Origin: Escherichia phage WG01
Sequence record: NC_031928.1
DNA length: 64,000 nucleotides
Reading direction: 5' to 3' (one strand)
Position numbers and translations under genes: made by a program
The notes under the pieces: generated by a model
Databases searched by the model: none
Told to the model about the DNA's origin: nothing
Seen by the model: only the letters and a program-made list of their open reading frames with translations
Part shown: positions 45,440 to 56,316 of the stretch, in pieces
Numbering within the stretch: the first letter of the stretch is position 1
Layout of the letters: every line of letters begins with the position of its first letter

Positions 45440-47503
45440 ATGAATTACTACGATAAAGTTGATGAAGTGGTAGGGACTGTAACAAGTCCCTGTGATGACG
45501 CAGTAGGACCCGGTGAATATCGCCGGGTTAAATGGGAATTATATAACCCAACAGGTGCTTTTATTCAACCTGGGAATGGCGTTGAATGGGATACCGAGAT
45601 TATTCCACTAGCTACACATTTATACACACAAAATCCATTTGGTAATAAGTCCGAAACTTTTCCTGCACCTCCCCCACCGGAAGATGGAACAAGTCAAGGT
45701 ATCTGGTGTGCTAAACTCGGAATATTCTTTATTACGCAATTGGATTTAGAAAATTATGTAGAATCGATTGGTGCAACTCTTTTGCCCGGTAATGATTGGT
45801 ACGGCGCTGATTTATCAAAATCTGTATTGTATAAAACATCTATTGAATATGATATGTATCGCATCGAAAACTGTGGCGGTGTATGGACATCACAAGGCCC
45901 CAGAATGGACCCCAGGACGATGATTGCAGTTACGGCTGATTATCATATGTATGTCAACTTTAACGGCCTTGGTGACTCCCGCAGGGCTTATTTGAAGTAC
46001 TATGAGACAAAACCTTGTACTTATGTTGGACTGGTATTAAATCTAGATGTTGATATGAGTATCCCAGGAACTCCGATTCCGGGACCGGTATCCATCGGGT
46101 CTTTACCGCCAGAAATAACCGGGCGAGCCAGGGCAATAAGCTGTGTTCCTTTTACAGCGGAATTCCCTTACAACGGATTGACCAATGCGATTATGGCTTC
46201 ATGGAATACATCTAGGAATTCATTCAAATTATATTGGGATATGCTCCCTGGATGGCCATCATCTGGTGGAACCGATTGGGAAAAATTCTTCGATTCTGGT
46301 TATAGTAAGCTATCGGTCGCAATGGAAGAGCTAGGCAACTCGGCTGTTGCTATGTGTCAATATGTTCAGCAAATGGCTTTTCTTGCATTTAAAGATGCCA
46401 TATCACAGGTCTTGAATATTGTTGGCGGTGGGTGGGACTTACTTAAAAGCTTTTTACCCTCGATTACTATTATGGGCATGACTATTGACCTAGAAGACCT
46501 CTGCACTTCAGGTGATGGTGTACAGAAATTAAAAGAAGCATGGAAAAACTTTAATTTAGAAGAAACCATCCAATCGATTTATTCTGCCATTGGGTCTGCA
46601 TACGATTATTCGGTTGAACGCGTCAAGATGTATTCGCGTGACCTTATTGATGCAATTACAGACTTGTATGACTGGGCCTGGTCTCAATTGCTTATGGCTG
46701 GTGTTGCATTATCAAAACTGTGTGTAGACCTCGCTCAAATATGGAGTATGCCTCCTATAGTTCCGAACCCAGTTTGGAGCGTTATTACTGCGGTCAAGGA
46801 AATGATGAAGCAAGTTAAACCACTGGACATGATAATGAGCGGTAACTTTCCAGGATTCACAGCATCAGATGTTTATCAAATGGTTATGGAAAAGGTAGAC
46901 CAGAAAATAGACGAAGCTTATGCAATGATTGAGGCTCTTAAAACCCAGGCACTCAATCTGTGGAATGAGATTAAGCTCAAAAAGCAAGAAGTACAAAAAC
47001 AAGCTATTGAATTTAAACAATATCTTTCAGGAATGTACGAAAAAGTTACAGACGAGCTAACTGCTCAGAAGGAAGCCGCATTAGCACAAGCTGAAGCTGC
47101 ACTCGAACTTTTAAAGAATAAATATAATCAGATTAAGAACTCTATTACCGAAAGTCAAACCTCCGTTTCTGATGTATTAGATATGGCTTTAGAAGAATTC
47201 AAAAAACTTCCTATTGTGGCTCAAATGGAAGAACTTCTCGGTATGCTCGGAGCTACTGTAGATGATATCATGGTTATATACGAGAACTCAGTAACTAAAG
47301 CAAAATCTTTATATCACGAATTTACTGATGGTTCCAGGTCAATGAAAGACTTGTGCAAATCAATGTATAACCAAATATCAACATTATCCTTAAGTAAGGT
47401 GGTACAATGGATTAATAAGATGCTGGGAATATTCGGTTTAACGATTGCATTTCCATCCCTTTCCATTTGCATACCTTGTTTAGAATCTCCTACTAGGAAT
47501 TAA
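45440..47503 (+). CDS. large hypothetical protein (687 aa) between genes 5 and 6
   Basis: ATG at 45440 directly after the gp5 stop; mixed N-terminal half, long coiled-coil C-terminal half, hydrophobic C-terminus; no motif recognised. Confidence 0.6.
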   Translation: MNYYDKVDEVVGTVTSPCDDAVGPGEYRRVKWELYNPTGAFIQPGNGVEWDTEIIPLATHLYTQNPFGNKSETFPAPPPPEDGTSQGIWCAKLGIFFITQLDLENYVESIGATLLPGNDWYGADLSKSVLYKTSIEYDMYRIENCGGVWTSQGPRMDPRTMIAVTADYHMYVNFNGLGDSRRAYLKYYETKPCTYVGLVLNLDVDMSIPGTPIPGPVSIGSLPPEITGRARAISCVPFTAEFPYNGLTNAIMASWNTSRNSFKLYWDMLPGWPSSGGTDWEKFFDSGYSKLSVAMEELGNSAVAMCQYVQQMAFLAFKDAISQVLNIVGGGWDLLKSFLPSITIMGMTIDLEDLCTSGDGVQKLKEAWKNFNLEETIQSIYSAIGSAYDYSVERVKMYSRDLIDAITDLYDWAWSQLLMAGVALSKLCVDLAQIWSMPPIVPNPVWSVITAVKEMMKQVKPLDMIMSGNFPGFTASDVYQMVMEKVDQKIDEAYAMIEALKTQALNLWNEIKLKKQEVQKQAIEFKQYLSGMYEKVTDELTAQKEAALAQAEAALELLKNKYNQIKNSITESQTSVSDVLDMALEEFKKLPIVAQMEELLGMLGATVDDIMVIYENSVTKAKSLYHEFTDGSRSMKDLCKSMYNQISTLSLSKVVQWINKMLGIFGLTIAFPSLSICIPCLESPTRN

Positions 47504-47504
47504 A

Positions 47505-49463
47505 ATGGCTACTCCTACGAATTACCAATTAACAAGAACCGTTAACGCTATCCCAAAAGTATTTGTGGGAGCTACGTTTGAAGAGATTAAAAAGAATATT
47601 ATCGATTGGCTTTCTAGCCAGGACGAATTTAAGGATTACGATTTCGTTGGTTCGCGAATGAATATCCTGATTGACATGTTAGCTTACAACACCCTGTATA
47701 TGCAGCAGTTTGCTAATACCGCGGTATATGAATCTTTCATCGGTACTGCTAACTTGCGTTCCTCCGTCGTCCAGGCTGCACAGGATAACGGCTATTTGCC
47801 AAGTTCTAAATCAGCAGCCAAAACAAGTATCATGTTGACCTGTACCCAAGCCCTGAATGAAAAGAATATTCGTATCCCACGTGGTACTAAATTCTTGGCC
47901 TATGCCCGTGATACTTCAGCAGACCCGTATGCTTTTGTTACCACGGAAAACGTTATTGCCGTACGTGATGTTAATAACCAATATCTTCCTATCGTATCTT
48001 TAGCACAAGGTCGTATTATCCGTACTGAACTTAAGTATGACCCTAAAACTCCTATTCTTATTCGTGACCCGGATATTGATAGACAGGAAGTTAAACTTTA
48101 TGTCGATGGCGCAGAATGGACTAACTGGACTAATAAATCCATGGTTCATGCTGGTAGTACATCAACAATTTACTATATGCGTGAAACCGTAGATGGTAAT
48201 ACTGAATTCTTCTTTGGTGAAGGTGTTGCTGAAAAATCAGTTGCAGGTGGGGTATTAGAAGCTAATTATATTGGTGGTTTAAAACCTGTTAAAGATGCTA
48301 CCATTGTTATAGAATACCTTCGTACAGATGGTGAAGTTGCTAACGGGGCAGTGGACTTTAGTTATGCGGATTCTTTGGCATATATTACGGTTGAAAAAAT
48401 TACAGAAAACTACGATGAAAACCCGGATTATGTAGGTGCTGACGGTGGTGGTGACCCTGAAGATATTGAACGTATTCGTGAACTTGCTGTAGTTAAACGT
48501 GAAGCCCAGATGCGTGCTGTAACCGGTACAGATTATGATACATTCGTTTCGGAGCGATTTGGTTCTATTGTACAAGCAGTACAAACCTTTACAGACCCAA
48601 ATAAACCAGGTTATGCCTTTGTTACCATTAAACCTAAATCAGGATTGTATTTGACTGCGGTTCAACGCGAAGATATCCAAAATTATCTTTCAGAATTTAA
48701 CTTGGCACCTATTACCCCTTCGGTTATTTCTCCTGACTACTTGTTCTTGAAGCATAAAATTAAGGTTTCATATGCACTGAACAAATTACAGGAATCCGAA
48801 CAATGGTTAACGGCTCAAATCCTTTCCCAAATAGACCGTTATTATATTAACGAAGTTGAAATATTCAACCACGGATTTGCCAAGTCTAAAATGCTGACTT
48901 ATATTGATAATGCAGACCACAGTATCCTTGGCTCTTCGGCTACGGTAACAATGGTTCGCGAGGTATTAAACTTCTTCAAAACACCTGAAGCAGGTATTAA
49001 ATACTATAATCAATACACCAACCGTTCTGTAACTTCTAGTGAATTTGAGTTCGTCCCAACAAACGTATCTGATGTTGTTAAATCTTACAACGTACGTATT
49101 GTTGCCACAGATAAAGACGAACGAGGCGATGGTAAAATGGTTATAGGTCCTTTCCGACCTGGCGATGTAATTGAAAACCAATACATCCAACCTTACACCG
49201 GAGATGACTTCGATAAAATGGCAGCGCCTGCAGACCAATCGGTCTACTATGTTATTGGCGAAATTGATTATTACTCGGACTTTATTTTCTGGGATATCGC
49301 CGCAATAGGCCTTACTTCCGACCGTTTTGAAGTCCAGTCTATTGAACTTTATGCAGGGCCAGACCAAGACAACATCTTTACCAAAGACGGTTCTTTAATC
49401 GTATTTGAAGATGACCTTCGTCCTCAGTACACAACTATAGAGTTGGAACCAATTACAATATAA
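47505..49463 (+). CDS. 6: baseplate wedge protein gp6
   Basis: 652 aa; NYQLTRTVNAIPKVFVGATFEEIK and later blocks match T4 gp6 as recalled. Confidence 0.93.
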   Translation: MATPTNYQLTRTVNAIPKVFVGATFEEIKKNIIDWLSSQDEFKDYDFVGSRMNILIDMLAYNTLYMQQFANTAVYESFIGTANLRSSVVQAAQDNGYLPSSKSAAKTSIMLTCTQALNEKNIRIPRGTKFLAYARDTSADPYAFVTTENVIAVRDVNNQYLPIVSLAQGRIIRTELKYDPKTPILIRDPDIDRQEVKLYVDGAEWTNWTNKSMVHAGSTSTIYYMRETVDGNTEFFFGEGVAEKSVAGGVLEANYIGGLKPVKDATIVIEYLRTDGEVANGAVDFSYADSLAYITVEKITENYDENPDYVGADGGGDPEDIERIRELAVVKREAQMRAVTGTDYDTFVSERFGSIVQAVQTFTDPNKPGYAFVTIKPKSGLYLTAVQREDIQNYLSEFNLAPITPSVISPDYLFLKHKIKVSYALNKLQESEQWLTAQILSQIDRYYINEVEIFNHGFAKSKMLTYIDNADHSILGSSATVTMVREVLNFFKTPEAGIKYYNQYTNRSVTSSEFEFVPTNVSDVVKSYNVRIVATDKDERGDGKMVIGPFRPGDVIENQYIQPYTGDDFDKMAAPADQSVYYVIGEIDYYSDFIFWDIAAIGLTSDRFEVQSIELYAGPDQDNIFTKDGSLIVFEDDLRPQYTTIELEPITI

Positions 49464-49464
49464 A

Positions 49465-49486
49465 CCTCTTCGGAGGTTTAAGGAGA
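49465..49486 (+). promoter_or_regulatory. intergenic hairpin between genes 6 and 7
   Basis: AACCTC-TTCG-GAGGTT stem-loop with no T-run, immediately before the gene 7 RBS. Confidence 0.3.
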
Positions 49487-49490
49487 TTTA

Positions 49491-52400
49491 ATGTCTGTAC
49501 AAGCGCCTTATGTTACTAGTCTGAGAATTGATAAACTCTCGGCTAACCATGTGAGCATTCTTTGGGATGACGTAGGCGCCAACTTCTATTATTTCGTAGA
49601 ACTGGCCCAAACGAAGGATGCGGGTGTAGAAATTCCCGACGATAGATTATTTTGGAGAAATTTAGGTTACACCCCTAATAACGAATGGTTTGAAGAGGCA
49701 TTCATTTCTCCTAATTCATTTTATAAAATGCGAGTTGCGGTGGCCGCCCAGGGGTTTGAGCAGTCCGAATGGGTTTACACTGAAGAATTTGAAACTTTCT
49801 CTACCAACGCATATACATTTGAGCATATGCGCGAATTCACTTTGTCTAATAAATTTATTGAAGAAAAATTCACAAAAAATAATCAGAATTATGTGAACTT
49901 TAATACCGATGCCATTATGGCTTCCTTAATGACGGAAGATTTTAACTTTACGCCAGCGTATTCGCATTTGTCATCTATATCAAATTATGTTTTAAAAGCC
50001 GACCGTTTCCATGAAATCCAAGGAAGCATCCAAGCGGTTTGTAAAGACCCTAAACGTTCTATTTTAATGGAACTTGGTGGTGTACTTTACCTTTTAGAAA
50101 GATTCCAAAGTACTGCTAAGGTTTCTAATGATAAAGGGCAGAACTGGCATTATATCCGTTTGTTTAATGACCGAGTAGGTAACCCTGTTTCGCGTACAGC
50201 ACATTACCAAACTGAAACTACTACGTATGTTCTAGGTTATGACCAAATATTTTACGGACGTAAATCAAGTGATATTCGTTGGTCTGCTGATGATGTCCGT
50301 TTTAGCTCCCAAGATATAACATTTGCTAAAATAGGTAGTGATATCGACCTTCCATTTGAAATCGAGATATTTGGGTCATATGCAAAACTTCCTTTGCCTA
50401 TTTCCACTATTGCTGAAGCTATATGCGCTTCTGATGATTTCATTTATGTTGCAGGTAGAGACAGAGTTTATAAAGCAAAAACATCTGAGGCCCCTATAGA
50501 CACCGACCCTAGTTCTCCGACTTATGGAGAGAAGATATTTGAAAGCGGATATTCGACTATCACAGGGAACCCTAAAGCAGTTTGTTATAAATTAGATTCT
50601 ATCCAAGGCCATACATTTGCTTTAATTACAGGTGAAGTTAAAGAAGAAAAAATGGACCCTACGGTCGAATCCAATGTGGTTGATTCTGAATCCAAAGGTG
50701 TTTATTGGTTAGACACTTCAACTGATACATGGACCCGTGTATTTGGAAACACTGAAGAAGAACGTCGTCGTATAGAGCATGGATATACCAGCATGTCTAC
50801 TGATGGAGAGGAATTATTTTTCAGTTCAAGCAACTTTAGATATGAAGTAGAGGTTGATTCTGAGCTTCCTTTGGAATACCCTGAAATTGTCACCTCCGCC
50901 GTTAAATATGTTAAAGATGAACAATGGATTCACGATAAACATTATTTGATGATGAGTTTTAGGTCTAACTCTAAATCCGATTTCAAAGAATTTAAACCTG
51001 GGCGTATGGCTTATTATGCCGAACCATTCTTTAGTTGGTCTCGACGCGATGGAACCCGTTCATGGATTACCACTGGTGACCATGCGATGGTTGTTTATAA
51101 CGATGCTTTATACCAGAAAATTATCGACCTGAACAGTGGTTCTTCACCTGAACGTATTGTTCATGAGATTTGGAATAAAGGTTTTTGTAAAGTCACATCT
51201 CCTAATATAGAGTTCAACGGCTTTAAGAAATATTCTTCTGGAATGATGATTCACAAATCTACAGGTGAATTGGTTGGATATTTTGAATTCGACTATCGTG
51301 TACGCGATGAAGTCCGTGTTATTTGGAAGCCTAAAGAAATTATGTTTACGGCTGAATTGCAAAACCAAGAACATGAAATCCCGTGGAAACCTAAAGAGGA
51401 AGTTGGTGAGCAAGACCCGGACCTCCAGCCTTTACTGGTTAAAATGATTCCAGATAGTTATTTGCTTCAAGATAGCAACTTTGAAAAATTCTGTGAATAC
51501 TATCTCCAATTTATTAGTGATGGCTCAGGTACACACTATAATAATTTGTTGAATCTTATTCGTAACCAATACCCACGTGAAGAAGATTCATGGGAATATT
51601 TGTGGTCGGAAATCTATAAGCGTAATATCTATTTGTCGAAAGAAAAACGCGACGAAGTAGTTCGTTTTTTCCAGGCGCGCCAAACCGATTTTTGGTCTAC
51701 AAAAGGTACCGAAGCTTCATATAAATTCCTGTTTAAATTGCTTTACAATGAAGATGTAGAAATTGATATCGAGTCCAAGAACTCTATCGAATATGATATC
51801 ATCGTAGAATCTGATAATATCAGTGAAGATATCGTAGGCCAAACGATTTATACTCCTACAGGTCGTAGTAATGTTACTTATATAGAACGAAATTACAAAG
51901 ATGGTAAACTGCAATGGCGTTTAACCATTCATAATCTTTTAGGTCGTTTTATAGTCGGACAGGAAATTAAATCTGAACGTACTTCGTTCAAGGGTATGAT
52001 TGTTCAGGGCGTACGTGGTAAAGAGCTTTTGAGTAACAATATCGACTATATCAACCGTAACCGTTCTTATTATGTGATGACCATTAAGTCTAATCTCCCT
52101 ACTTCTCGTTATCGCAACGATGTTTTGAGATTTGTTCATCCAGTAGGTTTCGGCTTTGTAGGTATAACTTTGCTTTCTATGTTCGTTAACGTAGGTTTAA
52201 CGCTAAAACATACAGAAACTATTATTAATATCCTTAAGAACTACAAATGGGACTCAGGTTTGCCATCTGAATGGTATGATAGAGTTGCTGTAATAGGTTT
52301 TGATGGTAATATAGAACGAGACCCTAGAACAGGACTTCCGGTTTATAACGTTGGACCTAAAGCAGGAGAACCGTTTGATATCCCTGCAGATTATGATGCG

Positions 52401-52586
52401 GAAAATGATTTCTCTGTATTCCAAGGTCAATTACCACACGAACGTATTAAAAAGCATAGTCCATTGTTTGACCAAAGTGCTGTGACCTTTGCCAATTGGC
52501 GTGCACTGGTTGATAAGCGTCTTAAAGACGATATTGGAAATCCTAGAGACCCTAAAGTTCCAACTCAGGTAAAAATTAATGATTAA
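49491..52586 (+). CDS. 7: baseplate wedge protein gp7
   Basis: 1031 aa (T4 gp7 is 1032); position between 6 and 8. Confidence 0.9.
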   Translation: MSVQAPYVTSLRIDKLSANHVSILWDDVGANFYYFVELAQTKDAGVEIPDDRLFWRNLGYTPNNEWFEEAFISPNSFYKMRVAVAAQGFEQSEWVYTEEFETFSTNAYTFEHMREFTLSNKFIEEKFTKNNQNYVNFNTDAIMASLMTEDFNFTPAYSHLSSISNYVLKADRFHEIQGSIQAVCKDPKRSILMELGGVLYLLERFQSTAKVSNDKGQNWHYIRLFNDRVGNPVSRTAHYQTETTTYVLGYDQIFYGRKSSDIRWSADDVRFSSQDITFAKIGSDIDLPFEIEIFGSYAKLPLPISTIAEAICASDDFIYVAGRDRVYKAKTSEAPIDTDPSSPTYGEKIFESGYSTITGNPKAVCYKLDSIQGHTFALITGEVKEEKMDPTVESNVVDSESKGVYWLDTSTDTWTRVFGNTEEERRRIEHGYTSMSTDGEELFFSSSNFRYEVEVDSELPLEYPEIVTSAVKYVKDEQWIHDKHYLMMSFRSNSKSDFKEFKPGRMAYYAEPFFSWSRRDGTRSWITTGDHAMVVYNDALYQKIIDLNSGSSPERIVHEIWNKGFCKVTSPNIEFNGFKKYSSGMMIHKSTGELVGYFEFDYRVRDEVRVIWKPKEIMFTAELQNQEHEIPWKPKEEVGEQDPDLQPLLVKMIPDSYLLQDSNFEKFCEYYLQFISDGSGTHYNNLLNLIRNQYPREEDSWEYLWSEIYKRNIYLSKEKRDEVVRFFQARQTDFWSTKGTEASYKFLFKLLYNEDVEIDIESKNSIEYDIIVESDNISEDIVGQTIYTPTGRSNVTYIERNYKDGKLQWRLTIHNLLGRFIVGQEIKSERTSFKGMIVQGVRGKELLSNNIDYINRNRSYYVMTIKSNLPTSRYRNDVLRFVHPVGFGFVGITLLSMFVNVGLTLKHTETIINILKNYKWDSGLPSEWYDRVAVIGFDGNIERDPRTGLPVYNVGPKAGEPFDIPADYDAENDFSVFQGQLPHERIKKHSPLFDQSAVTFANWRALVDKRLKDDIGNPRDPKVPTQVKIND

Positions 52587-53583
52587 TTCTACAGTAGTTT
52601 ATCGTTCTATTGTTACTTCAAAATTTAGAACGGAAAAAATGTACAACTTTTACAGAACAATAGGTGATGGTGAAGACCAGAACACCATGTATGTATCTTT
52701 CGGAAGGGCCCGACCATGGGCCGATAACGAAAACGACCCAGGTTTTGCCCCGCCATATCCTGTAGATGATTCTGAAGGCGTAGAAGACGTCTGGACAAAC
52801 ATGATGGGATGCGTTAAGGTTTATAAGAGCATGTTGGATTGTGTTGTCCCGCGCAAAGACTGGGGCGATACCTCTTATCCTAATCCGTTTACTTTCCAGA
52901 TTGGTGAAATTGTAGTGGCGAACAGCCAGCCGCAAAACCGTACTGATGTCGGTGCCGGGTGGATGGTTTATCGTTGTGTAGATATCCCAGAATCAGGTAC
53001 ATGTTCTATTTTGTCCCTTGATAATAAAACTGAGTGTATTAAACTTGGTGGTAAATGGACCTCAAATGTACAGTCGGTTAAAGCTCCAGCAGGTCAAGGT
53101 GATACGGAAGGTATGGTTGATACGGGTGATGGGTATCTCTGGGAATATTTGTATGAGATTCCACCTGATGTAAGTATTAACCGTTGCACTAATGAATATA
53201 TTGTAGTACCATGGCCAGAAGAAATTGCCGAAGACCCTGAACGTTGGGGATACGAGAATAATCTTACTTGGCAGCAAGACGATTATGGATTGATTTATCG
53301 TATTAAAGGCAATACCATTCGTTTTAAAGCATTCTTAGATTCAGTTTACTTCCCTGAATTTAGTCTTCCTGGTAACAAAGGATTTAGACAGCTTTCGATA
53401 ATTTCTAATCCATTAGAAGCTAAAGCTCACCCATCCGATCCGATCATTAAAGCCGAAAAAGAGTACTATGATGTTATAGACCTCTCCCGCCATTCAGGTG
53501 AAATGATTTATATGGAAAACCGTCCTCCGGTTATTCGTTCCATGGACCAAACAGAAGAAATTAACATTATCTTCGAATTCTAA
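52579..53583 (+). CDS. 8: baseplate wedge protein gp8
   Basis: 334 aa, same as T4 gp8; start overlaps gp7 end. Confidence 0.9.
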   Translation: MINSTVVYRSIVTSKFRTEKMYNFYRTIGDGEDQNTMYVSFGRARPWADNENDPGFAPPYPVDDSEGVEDVWTNMMGCVKVYKSMLDCVVPRKDWGDTSYPNPFTFQIGEIVVANSQPQNRTDVGAGWMVYRCVDIPESGTCSILSLDNKTECIKLGGKWTSNVQSVKAPAGQGDTEGMVDTGDGYLWEYLYEIPPDVSINRCTNEYIVVPWPEEIAEDPERWGYENNLTWQQDDYGLIYRIKGNTIRFKAFLDSVYFPEFSLPGNKGFRQLSIISNPLEAKAHPSDPIIKAEKEYYDVIDLSRHSGEMIYMENRPPVIRSMDQTEEINIIFEF

Positions 53584-53586
53584 TAA

Positions 53587-53610
53587 GGGCCGCAAGGCCC
53601 TTTCGGGTTT
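53587..53610 (+). terminator. candidate terminator after gene 8
   Basis: GGGCC-GCAA-GGCCC hairpin followed by TTTCGGGTTT. Confidence 0.4.
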
Positions 53611-53644
53611 AATAAATACAGTATATCAATAATGAGGCATACCT

Positions 53645-54505
53645 ATGATTAAGCAAACTGGTAAAGAACTAATTGACGTCGGTGAAATTGGTAATGCCAG
53701 CACCGGCGACATTCTTTATGATGGCGGTGTTAAACTGAACACTGACTTAAACAACATATATAATACTTTCGGCGACCAACGCAAAACTGCTTTAACTGGT
53801 GAATTAACCGGTCAGAAATTACACGCTACAGGTTATTATCAAAAATTTGGTGATATGGACCAAGCAAGCTCAGTAGATTTAGGCTCTTTGGTGGATATCG
53901 ATGCTTCTACCGGTTCTATCGTATTAACCACTGTAAAAGGTGCAGTCGGTGAAGGAATCGAGATTATCAACTCTAACGGGAGTATTTCTTCCACTAATTA
54001 TCTTGAAATCCGTATATTGGATACTTTTGCAAGCCATTCAACTTCGACTTTGCGTATCGTAACACCCTATACACGGGTTCTTTTATGGTGTGTATCGGAT
54101 ACAAACGGCGTTGCAGTATGGGATTATTCAATTGAAAGTATGTTTGGTGATAAACGAGTTCCATTAAATAAGACATATAATATATCTTCTGTCGCTCGTG
54201 ATATTCCGGTGGTTTATTCCGGCCAGTATTCATTGGTCAAACTTTTAGTTACGGCAGTGAATGCCAACGAAACCATTTACAAAGCTTCAGAATATCTTGT
54301 GTTTATCGACAACCAAGCTAAAAAGATTTATTCCACCGAATACGCTGTTATTAAACGTGGGCAAACTTCAGATGATGACGAAATTTATTCCCTAGATTTT
54401 AAATTCGATACATCAAACTATATTATCGCGACCGCTTCTTCTGTCAATCCTATGAGGCTTGCAATTAAGGTCGTAGAAACCCAAACTATTGGAGTTCCAG
54501 TATAA
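53645..54505 (+). CDS. 9: baseplate protein gp9 (long tail fiber socket)
   Basis: 286 aa (T4 gp9 is 288); order 8-9-10. Confidence 0.88.
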   Translation: MIKQTGKELIDVGEIGNASTGDILYDGGVKLNTDLNNIYNTFGDQRKTALTGELTGQKLHATGYYQKFGDMDQASSVDLGSLVDIDASTGSIVLTTVKGAVGEGIEIINSNGSISSTNYLEIRILDTFASHSTSTLRIVTPYTRVLLWCVSDTNGVAVWDYSIESMFGDKRVPLNKTYNISSVARDIPVVYSGQYSLVKLLVTAVNANETIYKASEYLVFIDNQAKKIYSTEYAVIKRGQTSDDDEIYSLDFKFDTSNYIIATASSVNPMRLAIKVVETQTIGVPV

Positions 54506-56316
54506 TGAAACAAGACTTAAAAGTAGGTTCCGCTGTTGATGACGGGTCCGGTGATTACCTGCGTGCAGGTGGTCTTAAAATTAATAACAACTTCAATGAG
54601 CTTTATTACCAATTAGGTGATGGCAACAACCCTCATGCAGCAGGCGCTTGGAAACAGCATTCTACTGCAGATGGTGCTTTGTTGAACGCTGTAATGGGTC
54701 ATAGCTATACCCTTAATACTCAAGGTGGGCGTATTAACGTTCAGCTTCCTAAAGGCTCTCCTGAAGAATATAACTTTGTTATCCGTGTACGTGATGTGTA
54801 TTCCTCATGGCAAGCTAACCCTGTAACCCTAATCCCTGCCACGGGTGATACCATTAAGGGTTCAGCTACTCAAGTAGAAATTGCTCGCAACTTCTCGGAC
54901 CTTGAATTAGTTTATTGTGCCCCAGGACGATGGGAATACGTTGAAAATAAGCAAGTAAACCGTATTCCAAATAACGACCTCGCTACTGTAGCAACTAAGC
55001 AGTTTATTGCCACTGAAGGTCAAACAGACTTTCTAGACATTTTCCCAGGGCTTTCTTATAACGTAGCAAGTTTAAGCGTTTCGCAACGTGGTAACAATTT
55101 GTTCTACGGTATTGATGATATTTTTGATGCGGCTACTGCAGAATTCGGTTCTCCGGGTGCTCAACCAGGTGAATTGGTTGCCTTGAATGGTAAAGACATC
55201 CGTTTAAAATATCCTTGTGAAGCAGGTGATACTGTTATTATCAAATCATATAATGACGGGCTTGCTCAATGGCGCAGTTCTTATAACCGCCGTGATATAA
55301 CAATCCAAAGTTCAGAATTGACTAAAAACGTTTCTGTTCCTGGTTCTTCTTTCGTGGCTGATTTGAATACTTCGCATGTTATATCGGCCGCAGATTTGAA
55401 TATTTCTGTTAATAGTCCTATCAACCCAAATGCTTGCCAAGTTATGCTGAATAGCACATTACTTCATCAAGCTGGTACGGCAGGACTTCCTTCGTTTTAT
55501 TGTGAAGGTGCTGATGGTCGTACTGCTACCGAGTGTTTTAATGCTGGTGGTCAATGGACCCAATCTAAATCAGATTATATTTTTAATTTGACTCCTGAAG
55601 ACAAGATTGAATCTATTGAATTTGGACGTAACTTTGAACACGGCGATATTCTTACAGTAATTTGGTACAATAATGATATCGGTACCACCATGGAAATTGA
55701 TGAGATTTTGGATTATACCAACAACATCTATATTTCTAAAGGGCCTTCTATCGATATAACAGGTCAAGTTCGTATCACTGATGTAGACAATCCTTTTGCA
55801 CCTAACGTTGAACCGGTCGCCGCGTCCAATATTACAATAGATACAGCAGCAACGTTTTTTGATTTGGTTTATCCAATAGGAACCATCTATGAGAATACGG
55901 TGAACCCTAATAACCCTAAAACTTATATGGGCTTTGGTTCATGGAAGCGTTTATCTGATGTGTTCTTGGTAGGTTGGTCTCCTGACGCTAGTTCTTTGTT
56001 TAATGCAAATAACAACGATCTGGATTCTGCTGGTATTCCACAGTCAACTGCTGGCGGTACTGGTGGCGCTCATGTGGCTAATTTGAAATATGAGAATATC
56101 CCTGAACTTAATACCGATGATAAAGTCCTTATTGCTGATAACGATGGCCCTATTTTTGTAGGTGGATGTTTAGTTGACCCTGATTCACAAGGACCGGCTT
56201 ATACAAAATATCGTGAAGATAAAGCCAGTATTAATAAGGCTCAAGGAACCACTCCTATCCCGGTTAATACTCTACCACCATACTTAACTGTTCATCGCTG
56301 GATGAGGATTGCATAA
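54505..56316 (+). CDS. 10: baseplate wedge protein gp10
   Basis: 603 aa (T4 gp10 is 602). Confidence 0.88.
   Translation: MKQDLKVGSAVDDGSGDYLRAGGLKINNNFNELYYQLGDGNNPHAAGAWKQHSTADGALLNAVMGHSYTLNTQGGRINVQLPKGSPEEYNFVIRVRDVYSSWQANPVTLIPATGDTIKGSATQVEIARNFSDLELVYCAPGRWEYVENKQVNRIPNNDLATVATKQFIATEGQTDFLDIFPGLSYNVASLSVSQRGNNLFYGIDDIFDAATAEFGSPGAQPGELVALNGKDIRLKYPCEAGDTVIIKSYNDGLAQWRSSYNRRDITIQSSELTKNVSVPGSSFVADLNTSHVISAADLNISVNSPINPNACQVMLNSTLLHQAGTAGLPSFYCEGADGRTATECFNAGGQWTQSKSDYIFNLTPEDKIESIEFGRNFEHGDILTVIWYNNDIGTTMEIDEILDYTNNIYISKGPSIDITGQVRITDVDNPFAPNVEPVAASNITIDTAATFFDLVYPIGTIYENTVNPNNPKTYMGFGSWKRLSDVFLVGWSPDASSLFNANNNDLDSAGIPQSTAGGTGGAHVANLKYENIPELNTDDKVLIADNDGPIFVGGCLVDPDSQGPAYTKYREDKASINKAQGTTPIPVNTLPPYLTVHRWMRIA

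Noticed and set aside
45440-47503. The 687-aa ORF as a PAAR-type spike tip or as a tail-fiber gene
   Set aside because: No PAAR-like Cys/Gly beta-repeat pattern and no tail-fiber repeat motifs like those of gp12; left as unknown.
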